Origin: the human T2T-CHM13v2.0 reference genome, Homo sapiens | NCBI RefSeq assembly: GCF_009914755.1 | Contig: NC_060926.1 | Length of the DNA: 64,000 bases | Direction: 5' to 3' (one strand) | Shown: piece after piece, positions 1-14,950 of the stretch | Layout: each line of letters begins with the position of its first letter | Position numbering within the stretch: the stretch's first letter is position 1 | Notes under the pieces: model-generated | What the model saw: only the letters and a program-made list of their open reading frames with translations | The model's database searches: none | What the model was told of the DNA's origin: nothing | Program-made: the position numbers and the translations under genes

Positions 1-995
1 TGGTTTCATGAAACTGATCTATCATTCAGGACAATAAACTAAATAAGAACTAGGCGTTTTATATAGTGTTAAGGAAAAAACATCATTACTGGCACTAGTA
101 TCAAATAATATTGCTTTCTTTGGCAAGCAACTCAAACTAGGAAAATGAATTTATTAAAACTCTTCATGGACCTTATATCAAGTCTGCAATCTCCTAAATG
201 TAAAACTCTGCCTATAAACATTGTCAGGGTAAAATTTTGCCTTAAAACAGAGTAATTGCTTCTATTTCCTGTGATGTTTACACAGCAACTCCTTCAGAAT
301 TACTCTTAAAAAGAAATAGAAAAGAAAATCAATAGCAACAGTGCACTATGAAATAAACTTTGTGGCAGAAATGGAACCAGAAGATTAAGATAAAACCATA
401 AAAGTATGAAATAATAAAAAGGGCACCAAATTCACTCCATAAAAAAGACTAAACATGATTTCAAATGTATATTACACACACACACAATGGAATATAGACA
501 TTTTGTATTTCACAAGAACATTTTTATAAAAAATAATTTGCAAAAATTAATCCAGTAGCAATTAATACTATTCTGCCTAACCTCATGGTATTGACAAACC
601 TTAATCAGATATTATTTGTAAAAATATACTTTACAGCATTATTACAAATGTTTCATTTTCCAAATAAATTATCTTTGAAATATTTTTACTTTGTATAAAA
701 TTTTTAAAATTCAAGAATCATATACTCTCTCTTGTTAAAAATGTCAACTACTAATTACACAACTTACTATAACTGCTTTTACTATTTGTATGCAACATTC
801 TTCTTCATTATTTGTGTTCTACTTTGCTTGTTTTCCAAAGTCTCTGGAGATATTCTTGTAAGACAAATTTAAAACATTTATCAATTTTTATCTTAAATAT
901 TAATTTGAGTTGAAAATTAGACATGTTTACCTTAAATACTGAGCAAAAATAATTTCAACTATATATAACAGTTATAGATCTATCAATCCAAAATG

Positions 996-1020
<25 letters not shown>
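996..1020. repeat. (TA)n microsatellite
   Basis: Run of about 12 TA units. Confidence 0.95.
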
Positions 1021-1026
<6 letters not shown>

Positions 1027-3170
1027 ATACTAAATGTAGTATCTTAAGTAATTTTGAAACTAACATGAATTTCCAAATGCTTCTTTAGCCTAGCAGACGT
1101 CCAATGATACACGGTTGAAGGTAACTGCTTCAATGGCAATCAATCATTAACCATCAAATCCACTCAAGACTAGAATCAAACTTTCTTCTATTAAATTACC
1201 CGCGCAAAACAACTGAGTTTTCCCATCCAAACCATTGGCCTCTGCAACTTGTAAGAGTAGAGGGAAAACAGACAGATCTACTTGATAATCAATTTAAAGG
1301 TTATCAAGGCTTTCTTTACTTTTGCTAACACAGTTTCTATTTTGAGCCTTCTTGGCCAATGTGCTTCTGCCTAAGTGTCACAATCTGTTTTAGGTCTTAG
1401 CTAAGAAAATGTCTTATATGGTTTTTACAGTTAAGGATTGACAACTGCCTTTTGCTTTTGTTGGTAAGCACTCCTCTAAAGTTCTCTTGCCTGATCAAAC
1501 CTCACAAAAATAGAAATTGGTCCTTATTCTGAATGTTTAAAAGTCCAGTAAGCATTTACTTTTTCTTGACGTGTGTTAACATATACACGTTTTGATCTAC
1601 TCTTGAAGTAATTAATTTAGGAAAGTGAATTACCAATACTGTACAAACACATGATGCCATATGGATTTTCAGGGCTGAACCAAGTTCATAAGCAAGATGG
1701 CAATGAGGAGACATCTATACTTTATCTTATTGCAACTACCACTTTGAGCTAAGTACACAGAGCTTGAAGGAGAAATCATTACTTGCTTCTTTGGAAACCA
1801 AATCCATCCTCTCAAACCCTATGGTTTTCCCTTCCCTTTGTTAGGCCATACTGATTTACATTGTATTTCAGTATTGAAATTTACATCAGACCAATTTCAC
1901 ATTGTTTAGTAACTTGTGATTTATGTAGTATTAAGATTAATTCCATTATGACCAATATCCTGTCATATCATTTAATTACATTGACATTTATTGTAATTAC
2001 ATCTAATAAATTAGATACATTTAAATACATTCCAGCTAAGAATTTAAACAAATGAGAGCCACCTGGCACAATGAGAGAAACTGTTTCAGTACAGAGACGG
2101 CAAAGACACTCTCTGCTCCCCAAGTTAAAATGATTTAGTTTGACACAACCTGGAGGAATTTATTCTGTGATCACGATATTTTCTCTTTTGCATAAGATAC
2201 ACAAAGTTTGAGATGGAATTTGGTGGTAATTAGAAGGCAGAGAAGACCATAAGAAATATGGGAGGTCATGCTTTTCTCTTTTCATTAAAAAGTTATCTAA
2301 AATGATAGCATAATCCTTGATAGTCATTTTTAATTGGCAATTATTGAGTACACACAGTGCAGCCAGAATTGAACTGAAGTGTCACATTGTCAAATGTGAC
2401 TTTTCCTGTTGCATTTGCTTTGGCAGCTTGAACATAACTATTAGGACCAAGAAGAAATAAATACTTCACATTCTAAAGAATATGGGGCCAGATCCTCTTT
2501 CCAGAGCTATGATCAATAGCAACCCCCACCGCCTAATCCTCCTTCCCTAACACACTTTCTAATCTACATAAGGTGATCTGAGGATCAGAAAAGAGAAAGA
2601 GACAACGCATTCTTAAAGGAGAATACAGAGGTTGTGTTCTCCGTTCTCCGTCAAAACACCCAATTTAAGTGCGATTGAACTCCAAAATAAATAAAGACAG
2701 GGACACTGGCATGTCACTTCCAGGGCTCTGTACTTACTGTCAGTGGAGTGAAGCAAAGAACTTTTAACTCAATTTAATACATGATCCCTGTGGCTTGAGG
2801 CTATACATGAGGAGAGAGAGGTGTCTACTCCTCACCTGGAGGTTTCTGAAAGCAAGAGACTCTCCAAACAATCTATCCTAGGGTGAAAGAACCTAAAAAG
2901 CCAAGGAGAAAAGCCCTCTCTGATCCTCACAACCCCCTGAGGTTGCTGAAGAAGACCTCAATGGGTAACTGACCTCAGTGGGTAACTGAGCTTCATGTGG
3001 AGAAGTATGAAGTAGAAGGTGGAAGAAGAACGACAAGGTGGTCTAGATAACAGTCATATTAACGGATCCTCATGGAGGAGTGAGGGACATTAGCTGCTTA
3101 TAGAAAGTACGGTAGCAGGAGCAACAGCATGTTGTGTTTACACACTTTGACATCATATATTTCTGGATGA

Positions 3171-3487
<317 letters not shown>

Positions 3488-3645
3488 AGCACTGTCAACT
3501 CATTTAAGGTCTCTGAGCCTTACTTTCCTCCTCTGCAAAATGAGAACAATGTGCTCTACCTCACAGGGCTTTTATGATGAACAAATCGGACAATACTTTT
3601 AGAAATGATGTCAAATGATTACACTATGCAAACAATGATATTATT
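3488..3645 (+). mobile_element. MIR fragment
   Basis: MIR core motif ctctgagccttactttcctcctctgcaaaatgagaacaat...acctcacaggg. Confidence 0.8.
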
Positions 3646-3880
3646 ACTTAACCTATATATTACATTCAACTTCACTGCTTGCTCATATTATCTTACTATA
3701 TTATATATATTCTTAGGACAGCTGGAGTCTTGTACTACTTTATGTCTTGTGTATTCTCCAGGTGTGCTATATTTAGCATAATCTAAGAATGATTTGCAAT
3801 GACCCTTATCTTTGTATAATTCTCTTCCCTTTGAGTGTGTGTGTAACCTGTAAATATGACAATATATCTCACCAATGATA

Positions 3881-4111
3881 CAGGCTGAGCAAGCCAAATC
3901 TAAAAATTTGAAATCCAAAATGCTCCATAATCTGAAACTTTGCAGCCAATATGACACTCAAAAGAAACGCTCATTGAAACATTTTGGATTTTGGATTTTC
4001 AGATTTGGGATGCTCAACTTGGTAAGTGCAATGCAAATATTTCAAAATCTGAAGAAAAACCAAAATCTGAAACATTTCTGGTCCTAGGCATTTTGGATAG
4101 GAGTACTCAAC

Positions 4112-4112
<1 letters not shown>
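3881..4112. mobile_element. Tigger4a/MER46A-like Tc1-mariner MITE (copy 1)
   Basis: TA-flanked, begins caggctgagc and ends ...ggataggagtactcaac; contains internal aatgctcc/gatttgggatgctcaac motifs. Confidence 0.88.

Positions 4113-4114
<2 letters not shown>

Positions 4115-4174
<60 letters not shown>
4115..4174. repeat. (TG)n microsatellite
   Basis: About 30 TG units with one interruption. Confidence 0.97.
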
Positions 4175-4175
<1 letters not shown>

Positions 4176-5514
4176 TCAAGAATGGAAAAGCCACTAAGAA
4201 TGCCCTCCAGCTGACAACCAGCAAGAAACTGGGACCTCAGTCCTACAGCCTCACAGAACTGAATACTGGTAACATTCTGAAGAAGCTTGGAAGCAGTTTC
4301 ATCTTCAAATCCTCAAGATAAAGAGCCCAGTCAACTGGCTCCTTAATATTAGCCTTCTTGAGACCCTAAGCAGAGAAGCAAGTTGAGCTCCCACAGACAT
4401 GTGATCTACAGAAATGTAAGCTAAAAAAATATATGTGGTTTTTGGCTACTAACTTTGTAGTAATCTATTATTTAGTGATTGAAAACTGATACAGATGCTA
4501 AAACCTATTTATTAAATGCATACTATTTATTAAATGAAAGCCATTGATTGAATGTTCATGAAGCAATTAATATATAATATCTGAGAACATTTCATGTGAG
4601 GTCTTGTCTGAAAATTCTTCTGAAGAATTTTGAATCCTTATTAGAATCTGAAAAAAAATCTCAGAGGCTAATCACAACTAGGATTAATTGGAAGACATGA
4701 ATAAGCACCCCTGGTGATGTTTAAAACATTTGTTGAGGGTAGAGTGGTAGAGTTTAGCAAAACCTGTAGTCAAGTAGGATGGAGGCTCGGCACCAATATA
4801 ATTTGGCCAAAAACTTCCATGGTTTACTCATAGGCTGATGGCATGTAGATTACATACAATGAAATGATAATTTTTATGTTAAGGAGAGAATTCTCAAAAT
4901 ATTTGTAAAAATGGGCAGTTTGGGATGGCTTTATGGAAAAGTGGGGTTCATGTTAAGTCTCAACACCGAGTACTAATGACTAAAGTAAAAGAACACTGAT
5001 GAGGAACTAAAAGAAAACTACAGAGATAATCAAATCTGCTCCCCTGCCTCACCCCTTATGCATTATAATATGTCATCATTCCCTGCCAAAAATAGAATTC
5101 CTTTTATTTTAGTATATCTCTAGGGAATAAGATCGAAGAACACTCTCCTAGGAATTTAATTATCCTTCGTTGGAGGAAATCCTCTCGCTCAACATGAAGG
5201 CAAAAAGTAAAGGCCATTTCATCTTGTCCTGCCTCCCCCCCGCCTGTTAATTTTAAAACACATGTTTAGATACTAGAATATTTTAAGAAAACAGCTACCA
5301 TACTGGCATCTGGTGCTATTGGCAACCAGTGCAAGGATAAGCTCCAGTGAGAATTTAAAAATGCCTTTTCCTAAGGAGAAACTGTTAAAAAAAAAAAACA
5401 ACCTGATTATCAATTGTTCCCCAATTCATGAGGAAAAAGAACAAGTATTATCAAAGAGCTAATTTATAAATACCTGGATTTACAACTCTTTTCCACTAAG
5501 TATTTCCAAAATAA

Positions 5515-5680
5515 TTGTTCTCAAAGTTAACTGTACACTAGAGTTAACTAGGGACCTTTAACAAATTTTGATGCCTAGTTTCTATGCCTTTAAAAATTCT
5601 GAACTAATTGGTCTGGAGTTCAGTTTGTTTATTGTGATAATTTCAAGAGCTCCCAGGTAATTCTAATTTATGGCCTCTGA
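5515..5680. mobile_element. MER5-like hAT-Charlie MITE
   Basis: tgttctcaaagtt...attctgaactaattggtctggag...agctcccaggtaattctaat resembles MER5A/B. Confidence 0.7.
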
Positions 5681-6884
5681 GCTATGGTCCAGGATTACAT
5701 GCATAGTAGACTTCTGAAGAAAGACAACCATGAGTTCAGTTTATTTCTCCACTAGAAGGACTGGATTTTAGAGATCTCTGAAGTAAAATATCCATGCATA
5801 TTTGCTCTGAAATAAAAATGTTACAGAACAATGCTTTTATTTCAAGGTTTGCATTTTTCCAAAGGTTTTTTTTTTCAATTCCTCTGTTTGCAATGCAGCA
5901 ATATCTTGTTTGAATGCAAATTAAATCTTCCTCTTAATAAGAAGGATGTGTCTCTGCCTCAGGACCATGTACAAACAGTCTGGTGATGGCAGGCAGTGAC
6001 CCAGGGATGTTCATGATGGACTGAGAGAGACATGGCAAACATTACAAGCATGCATTGCAAATACTGGACTGTGGAAAATTAATAGTTTTAACCCTTAAGC
6101 CAACTTCACCTGGCACAGTAGCATATTTTAGCAATAATTTACCTACATTTTACACTAACTTGGGGGAATTACAGACACAAAGTTGGAAATAAACCATACT
6201 GAAGATAGCATTATACTTTACCTTGGCTGAAACTTGGGAAGCAACACAATTTGGCCTTTATATTTAAAAATCACGGTTCATTTGACGTCACATAAATGTA
6301 GAGAGAAGAGTGGAAATTTGAGTGAGAAAAGCTATTAGGAAGTATATTTACTAGAGAAGGAATAGAATTAACAGAACTTAGTTTTTTTCATCTTACATTT
6401 TCTTTTGTTGATAACGAATCAATTGGAACATTTTTGAGGTTGCCAGAATCTTCTGATTCTGGAGCCTAAATAAGGTTTTTTACTGGCAGGTTGACCGAAT
6501 AATAGAAATTTCATGGCCAGAGGCCAACCAACACTTTATAAAAGCCCTCTGGACCAGGTGGTTGACAAGCCCAGGACTTACATGAATGCAACCCCAGAAG
6601 AAAAACTTGCAAGTGCCTCTTCAATAGCCATCCAAGACTCTTGCTTGAAATTCAAGGCAGCTGATGGTGATTTCGTCTTCCATTTACAACTTCTTTATTC
6701 TTATAAAAAGAATGCTGTATCCTTTTCTTTCCTCCCCAACACCAACAGTTCACTCGTTCAAAAACTCTAAGGCATTCAGTTAAAAGTAGATGAAAATATT
6801 GTTTGCCAGAAACATCTTCAAACAGAATATGAGTTTTCACACACGGAATGCTCATTAGAAGCAGAAGCAAACGTATCACTGTAA

Positions 6885-7120
6885 CATAATAATAGCTCAT
6901 ATTGAGCAAGTACTCTGGGCTGTGTGCCTAACATACAATAGCTCATTTAATTAACCATAATGTTGGGTGGAAGCTATTATTTTCATTTCACAAATTAGGA
7001 ATCTCAGACACATAGAACTTAAATCACTTGCTGAAAGCCGTACAGAAAGCAGTAAAAGATCCAGTATTCAAAAGTAGGTAATTTGGCCAAAAGTGTCCAC
7101 TCTTAATTATACCACTCTAT
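6885..7120 (-). mobile_element. MIR
   Basis: aataatagctcatattgagc...catttcacaaattaggaatctcagac...cacttgctgaaagcc...ctcttaattataccac. Confidence 0.75.
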
Positions 7121-7265
7121 TGTAGCTATTCTGTAAAGTGGCCCATGAGAACAAGCAATGGGTACCTTGCCCCAGTGGAAAAAGATAAATTCAGGGAAGT
7201 TTCTTGGGTAAGTTTATTTCTGCACTAAGTGAAAATGTTAAATAAAAAAATATATGGATGAGGTA

Positions 7266-7570
7266 GGCAGGGCCCAGTGGCTCATGCTAGTAATCCCAGC
7301 ACTTTGGGAGGCCAAGGAGGGCGGATTACGAGGTCAGGAGTTCGAGACCAGTCTGGCCAACACAGTGAAACCCCATCTCTACTAAAAATACGAAAATTAG
7401 CTGGTCATGGTAGTGGGCACCTGTAATCCCAGCTACTCGGGAGGCTGAGGAAGGAGAATTGCTTGAACCCAGGAGCGGAGGTTGCAGTGAGCGGAGAATG
7501 CGCCACTGCACTCCAGGCTGGGCAACAGAGCAAGCTTCCATCTCAAAAAAAAAAAAAAAAGAAAGAAAGA
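7266..7570 (+). mobile_element. Alu (AluS, Sg-like)
   Basis: Full dimer with A/GAAA tail; TSD TATATGGATGAGGTAG at 7251-7266 and 7574-7589. Confidence 0.97.
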
Positions 7571-7973
7571 AATTATATGGATGAGGTAGATGGAGGACGG
7601 GGGATGGAATTCCTGGCATAGGGGATAGCATAACTGAAATCAAAAAGGTTGAAACAAAGCAAAACAAAAAAACAAACTTACATTGTGTGTTGGGCAGTTT
7701 GGTACAGTAAAGAGATAATATAAAAATCAAGGAGATGGCACTGGAGAGGTGAACTAGGAGAAGATCATGGCAGTCTTAGTATCACACCAAGAACTTTGAC
7801 TTTGTTCTACAGGTCAGAAAATCTCAAATATTTCTGATCATGACCCACAGAAAAAAATATATTTTACTTGGTGACAAATACTTTTTTAAGCATGTATTTT
7901 ACTTCTATATAATAAAAGTTTATATATCTTTATTATACATGTTATTTATAATACGTCATATTATAGATAATAT

Positions 7974-7997
7974 CACACACACACACACACACACACA
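7974..7997. repeat. (CA)n microsatellite
   Basis: Direct reading. Confidence 0.95.
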
Positions 7998-8011
7998 TAT
8001 GTACACTCAAA

Positions 8012-8575
<564 letters not shown>

Positions 8576-8586
8576 CTCTCTGTCTG

Positions 8587-8589
<3 letters not shown>

Positions 8590-8626
<37 letters not shown>
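8590..8626. repeat. (TG)n microsatellite
   Basis: Direct reading. Confidence 0.96.
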
Positions 8627-8629
<3 letters not shown>

Positions 8630-8637
8630 CATCTGTA

Positions 8638-9071
8638 TAGTTGGCCCTTGAACAATGTGGGGGTTGGGGTACCCATACACTCTCAGTTGAAAATCTGTGC
8701 ATAACTTTTGGCACCCCCAAATTTTAACAACCAGTAGCCTACTGTTGACCAGAAGCCTTACTAATAACAATAAGCAGTTGATAACACATATTTTGTGTGT
8801 TATATGTAGTATATACTGCATTCTTACAATAAAGTAAGCTAGACAAAAGAAAATGTTATTTAGAAAATCATAAAGAAAATACATTGACTTCATTAGGTGG
8901 AAATTAATCATCATAACAGTTTCATCCTTGTCAACTTCACATTCAGTAGGCTGAGGAAGAGAAGGAAGAGGAGGGGTTGATCTTGCTGTCTCATGGGTGG
9001 CAGAGGCAGAAGAAACTCTATGTATAAGTGGACCTGTACAGTTCAATCCTGTATTGTTCAAGACTCAAGTG
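8638..9071. mobile_element. Tigger2a/MER28 MITE, full length
   Basis: TIRs agttggcccttgaacaa ... ttgttcaagactcaagtg; about 434 bp; internal text matches the recalled Tigger2a consensus. Source of the 202-aa ORF 8453..9061. Confidence 0.92.
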
Positions 9072-10519
9072 TGTGTGTGTGTGTGTGTTTGTGTGTGTAA
9101 GAGAGAGCATTTTATATATATATATATTTGCAATTGAATGAAAATTTTCAAGAAAATTAATGAATCTTACTATTCAAATATTCATATTTTCTATTCTATT
9201 TCATATCAGTTCTAGACTATTTAGGAAATGAGTAGGCCTCTCAATTCATTTTTAGGCCCCATTAATGAGCTATAATACTGTTTAAATAACACTGTTATGG
9301 GTGTTGGAAATATATGCGCTATCATCAAAGGATTTTGATTACAGGAGACATAGTTTAGAGTGTTACTTCAACTGGGTCACTCTGATAGCAGTCATTAGCT
9401 GTCTGAAGATGATTTTGAGTCATTTGCCAAGCTCAGGCAAAAGAGAAAAGGGGAGACAAAATCAAGTCTACTTAGATGCCACAAAAAATAAATTGAATAA
9501 CTTAGAGTCTCCACTAAAATTATAATTCTTTATTAGAAGAATGTTAAAGAAATGATCCGAGGACCACTATTCTTGAATATCCTTAAAAGTGCAATACAAA
9601 GCCAGTTAGATTAGCAGGGTTACTGACATACCCGCCTGAAGGAAAGGAAACAAACAGGCGACCACTGGTGCCCTCCAGCTCTAGATTTATTTCCCTGGTC
9701 ACTGACTATCTGAAAACTAATTTTGGTTGCCTGAGAATAAAAAGTCAAAAGTACATGAGATTGCTCTGAAGAGGAGTCTACAGAAATGTATTAGAAACAG
9801 ATGAATAGTCATGACCCTCTTTACTCAATCCACTCTTACACAAATGTCTATGCAACTACAGAAGAGAATTCAGTACCTATTTATCAATAAAAGAATATGA
9901 GAATGTTTCTGCAGGCTCCTAAAAAAAACCTTTCCTATGAACAGAAGATAATGGGGTTATTATAGACAAGGCAACAGCGCCTTCTGAAATATTGCAAACT
10001 AATTAAGAATAATTATTAATAACATTTTTGGTGGTATTGTCTTATGCTTGACTAATTTGTAAATATTCTGGTATATTTGAACTTTCACTATTTTAGCCTG
10101 TACCCTATTTTTTAGCACAGATTTTAATTAGAAAAATAGAAGTAATAACAAGGGAAATCACATGTTAACTAATGAACTGAGCCTAACAACAAAAAAGACA
10201 CAGGGAGGCCCTTGAAGGACTCTCTAGCTTGATGTTCTTCTTGGAATCTAGGGCAGGGCAAAAGTCCTAACATCACTCTATGGACAACAGAGATGAACCA
10301 CATGAGCCAGGTGCTAGAACTGAGATATTTATCTCTGTTTCCCTGTGTGTACCACCACCCCACAACTCCAAAAAAGAAATAAATTATAAACACATCCACT
10401 AAAATTGGCAATTCTAGAGAAACTGGATGGCCTGTTAACATCTGGCTTTCCCAAAACTCAATTTTTCTGTAACTCATTCATTTTTTAGCCTTTGATTCTG
10501 AAGAAATTACTTGCCTCCT

Positions 10520-10853
<334 letters not shown>

Positions 10854-12040
10854 CTATAGATAAATAAACATATACGCACAATCTATATTTCTCCATTACA
10901 CTGCAATCATTTCCTTGTCACTAGAATTGTATCTTGTAGTCCAAGAGGTAAGTAATCGGAACTGTCAGGACAAACTCTTGGGACTGTAAATGTGCTATCT
11001 GGAGCATAACTATCCTAAGAATAAAATCCAAAAGCAAAAACTCATCAGAAAAGATTTGAAACTCATTTCAGACAAGATGCAGACTATAAACAAATAAATA
11101 CACAATATGAAAGCAACTTAAGTCTCATGATGGAAAGATTTTGATCCAACTGATTATTATTGTTCCTAGTTCAAAATATTTTAGGCCTTATCAATGGCAA
11201 TGCATAACAGGAATGACTAAGGTTAGCTTTTCAGTGAATCATCAGAGTAGTGATTAAACTGATGACATACAAGACTCCTAACTGGATTTTGAAGATTGAG
11301 TACAGTATCCAAAACTAGCACTGGAACAAGACAACAACGTTCATTCAGCCCACAAGAAAACCAGTTTAAAACTCTGAAACAATGACACCATGAGTATATT
11401 TGTGATAATTATTTGCCATGCCAATTATATTAAATCATGAGGAGGTAGTACACATCTACATGTATAACGAGCCCATTTTTATGTTAGCATATCTCCAAGG
11501 ACTTTCCTGCTGTGTATTTTATACTGCTACTGCCTTATATTTTATGTTAGCATTAATGTTTTAATTTTCATATACATATCCTTAGGCCATTTTACGAAGG
11601 GCGTGGCTTTAAAAATTCAGTTGATATATTAAATTAATGTTAAAAAAAGGTCATGTAACAAGTAGTCCTAAATCAGTTCTTTGTGTTCCCTCTGTACATT
11701 CAAACCTTCTAATATGGTTTATTTATTATGGGTAATACAGAAGTAAGATCTGGGCTCTAAACTCTGACCATCTGTCAGGTTAACATGCATATGCACTAAG
11801 TGTCTTTCTTCAGATGATGGATCCTACCACAAGTCCTCCCTAAAACAATATATCAATCCCCTTCCCCACAAAAATAAAAAAAATTGATTTATATCAAAAT
11901 AAATACATAAAATAGAGCTTCTCTCTAAATTGGCCTTCTGATTAGAATACTACTTCATCACCTCAGAAAACCTGTCTTAATATTATACAGGTAGAATAAT
12001 TTACCAAGGTGTAAAGAATTTTTTAAAAAATACAAAAAAG

Positions 12041-12265
12041 AGACAAAATAGTGTAGTGATTAGGAATAAAAGTTCTAGAACAAGACGATCTCTATCAGAC
12101 CCAGTTCGGCCATTGACTGTCTTGTGAGTCTGGTCCAGTTATTTCACCTTTTAGAGCTTTAGTTTTCTCAATTCAAATAAGAGTATTCACCACAAGGTTT
12201 ATTTAAAAAAATAAAAGATCCATGTAAAGCATTTGTATCAAATTCAACATATTTATTAATATTAC
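12041..12265 (+). mobile_element. MIR
   Basis: atagtgtagtgattagg...agttatttcacc...agctttagttttctc...catgtaaagcattt. Confidence 0.7.
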
Positions 12266-12409
12266 TATTGTTACTAATACACAGATGACTTCAAAAGCTG
12301 CTATTAAAAACCACGTAAGGATGTGGGTGGCATGCTGTATTTTAGATTCAGATTCAACAGCCACTATACTAGTTACATTCATATGACATTCATATCACAT
12401 TAACGTCAT

Positions 12410-12590
12410 AGCACAGCACAGCAATTAAGAATAAGGGTCTGTCTGGTTTTAAACCTTAGTTCTATCACTTATTAGCTGTATTTAATTCAGTAATCTTCTT
12501 AACAGTTCTATAAAACAGATAATAGTATTACATACCTTATAATGTTGTTGGAAGGATTAAATAAATTACTATATGTCAAGCTCTTAGAAA
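12410..12590 (+). mobile_element. MIR
   Basis: agcacagcaattaagaataagggtctg...ataatagtattacataccttataatgttgttggaaggattaaa...aagctcttagaa. Confidence 0.7.
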
Positions 12591-12724
12591 AAAAAATTTG
12601 CTGTTGTAATTATGGATTTTATTTCAGAAGGGAAAATGTCCAAATATTTAAAAAGCCAGAAGAACAACAGAACCAGTCTTGTAGTCACTGAAGTAATGAT
12701 AATTTAAAAAATCATAATAATAAC

Positions 12725-12975
12725 CATTAAAACAGTAACATGCTATACTTAGCTCAAGCGTAGCATGCTATCATTTGCCTACAATTTCACTATATTACCC
12801 ACATGACCCCTCAACAAGCCTGTAATGTGGGTAGGCTATAGATTATTGCCTTCAAATTATATTTCATGAACTTGAGGTTCAGAAATCAGTGACTTGCTAA
12901 GCCACATAATAGTAGGTGTTCGAGCCAGTGCTAGCATCTAAGCATGGGCCTCATGATCCAATGCCCTTTCCACTT
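12725..12975 (-). mobile_element. MIR
   Basis: cctcaacaagcctgtaatgtgggtagg...aacttgaggttcagaaatcagtgacttgctaagccacat...aatgccctttccact. Confidence 0.7.
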
Positions 12976-14187
12976 CACTCCTTCACAATGGCCGAAGAAC
13001 CAAATTCAAGGCAAGGACATCCAACAGGCCATCCTGATAAGAACCCCTCCTGAAATAAGACAACACGGTCACACAAATCAAGTGCACATGCTTTCTAACT
13101 CAATGGTTATAAAGAAGTTATAGGTAACAACTGATACATCTGCACAAACCATAAGGCCATTAACACAAAGATGCATTTTAAAGCTAACCAGTTCCAGCAG
13201 ATTATATTCATGTAAAGAGAATTTGGTTTTCCTTTCCTTCTGACACTTCATTTTCCCTTTGTCTCCCAAATCTGTTAATAACTATTTTTAGGCAGATGGA
13301 GCATTTCATGAATGGGTCACTCTTAAAAATCTCATTTGGTTTCCAATTTTTCTTCAAGCATTAAGACTTACTACTTTTAGATTTTTTGGTTATTATACAC
13401 AAAAGAATATATGTGGATAGAATATACACACATTTATGCAAATATATATATATATATAGCATGCATATATATGCACACGCATGTCTATCTATACATATAC
13501 ATTTACAACAAAGAAAAACTGCTTAATTTTATGTATAAGAGATTCAGAGAACTAGACCAGGTAACACTCAGAATATACACATTATTAAGGAGAAAGCAAA
13601 AAATAAAAGAGAAATCAGTAAACACACAAATCTTCCCATTGACAAGGTTCCCTTTCTGAGCTTCCTTTCACTTTACTTCTGATTTTCTTCTCATATTATG
13701 TGCTTCAGGTAATTCTGCACATTTTCTTCTCCTGAAGAGAAGCCATCACCAGAAGAAAAAGCCATGAGGTCTTTTTAGAGAGAAGCAATTCACAAATACT
13801 GTTAGGCAGGGAGGCAGTCAACAAGCACTTACTGAATCCCTAGCCCCCTAAGCACTGTACTAGGTGCTTAGAACTGAGTCCCTCCTGCTATTCAGTTAGA
13901 AGGATGGAAAAGCTATGACTTCTAGTATTAGCACTGACCTAGTTAAGCCATGAATAAAGAATTAAAAGGTTTTCATCTTCCACCATACAAGTTAAGAAAA
14001 CAAAACCAGAAACCTTGATATATGTTTTTCAGCCCAATGCATTATGGTTTCACATATGTTTCAGCTCTTATTGAAATTTTTTAGCTCAATTTCTTTTGGT
14101 CTAGAAAGTTAAAAAATGTCCAAGTCAACAACTCAGTAAGAAATTTAGAAAGTTTCCAAACAACTCAGTTTTGGAAACTTTTTAGTT

Positions 14188-14412
14188 CAGCATTTCCCAA
14201 ACTCTTTGCTATTGACATTTTAGGCTAGAAAATTCTTTCTTGGAAGGAGCAGGGGCCTTTCCTGTGAATTTTAGAGTGTTTAATGGCATGCCTGGCCTCG
14301 ACTCATTAGATGCCTGTTATCACCTCTCCAACCGAGTGGTGACAACCAAAAATGTCTTCAGACATTGTCAAATATACCCTGGGAGCAACATAATTCCTGA
14401 GTGAAAACTATC
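14188..14412. mobile_element. MER20 hAT-Charlie MITE
   Basis: ctattgacattttaggctagaaaattcttt...cctggcctc...agatgcc...gtgacaaccaaaaatgtcttcagacattgtcaaat. Confidence 0.88.
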
Positions 14413-14950
14413 TAGGCCAAAACTTCACCTAACACATAACTCTATTAGATGGATAGCATGAAAGGATGGCATATAAAGGTCTGGAAATAGAATGACATTA
14501 AACTTAAAATAATCAGCCTTTTTCCTAAAGGTATTTTTATTCACCTTGTACATAACATTGAGAAAACATCACTTGTCCAATATCAAAAATTGGGGACCTT
14601 AAAGCAATACACCCCTGGTCTTCCCAAATCACTGCTCTGGCTTGCTTTAGTTTGTAACATTAAGGCTCTGTTTCCTAGAAAGTCCAGAGCTAAGACATAC
14701 AGGTTGCTTTCAGTTCTTCAGAGGCAAGGAAACTAAGAAAGGTGGTAATCATAAGAACACCACACATAAAAAGAAAGGGAAGAGTAAACCGAGTTTCTGT
14801 TCTTAAAAGAAACAGTGGGAAAAAAGAGAAGACATACATTATCATTTCAAAGCAATTTATCTTAACAATAATTGGGCAAAAGACATTGTTTTTAGTTGTG
14901 TTCTTGCAGAAGTAATGTCAAATTTACTTGAAAGTTAGAGTTTTAGAAAA

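Larger units (their letters stand above)
3790..4492 (+). mobile_element. MLT1-type MaLR LTR, interrupted by a Tigger4a and (TG)n
   Basis: 5' part ttgtataattctcttccctttgagtgtg...; 3' part cagctgacaaccagcaagaaactgggacctcagtcctacagcc...gagaccctaagcagag...gaaaactgataca, which is a typical MLT1 LTR end. Confidence 0.75.

Noticed and set aside
790-865. Minus-strand ETLENKQSRTQIMKKNVAYK* as a possible terminal coding exon
   Set aside because: Weak acceptor and A-rich sequence resembling a decayed L1M; no support.
3991-4321. CVCVCV, HTHT and IYIY low-complexity ORFs (also 13411, 37276, 42029, 43882, 57645)
   Set aside because: Translations of dinucleotide repeats.
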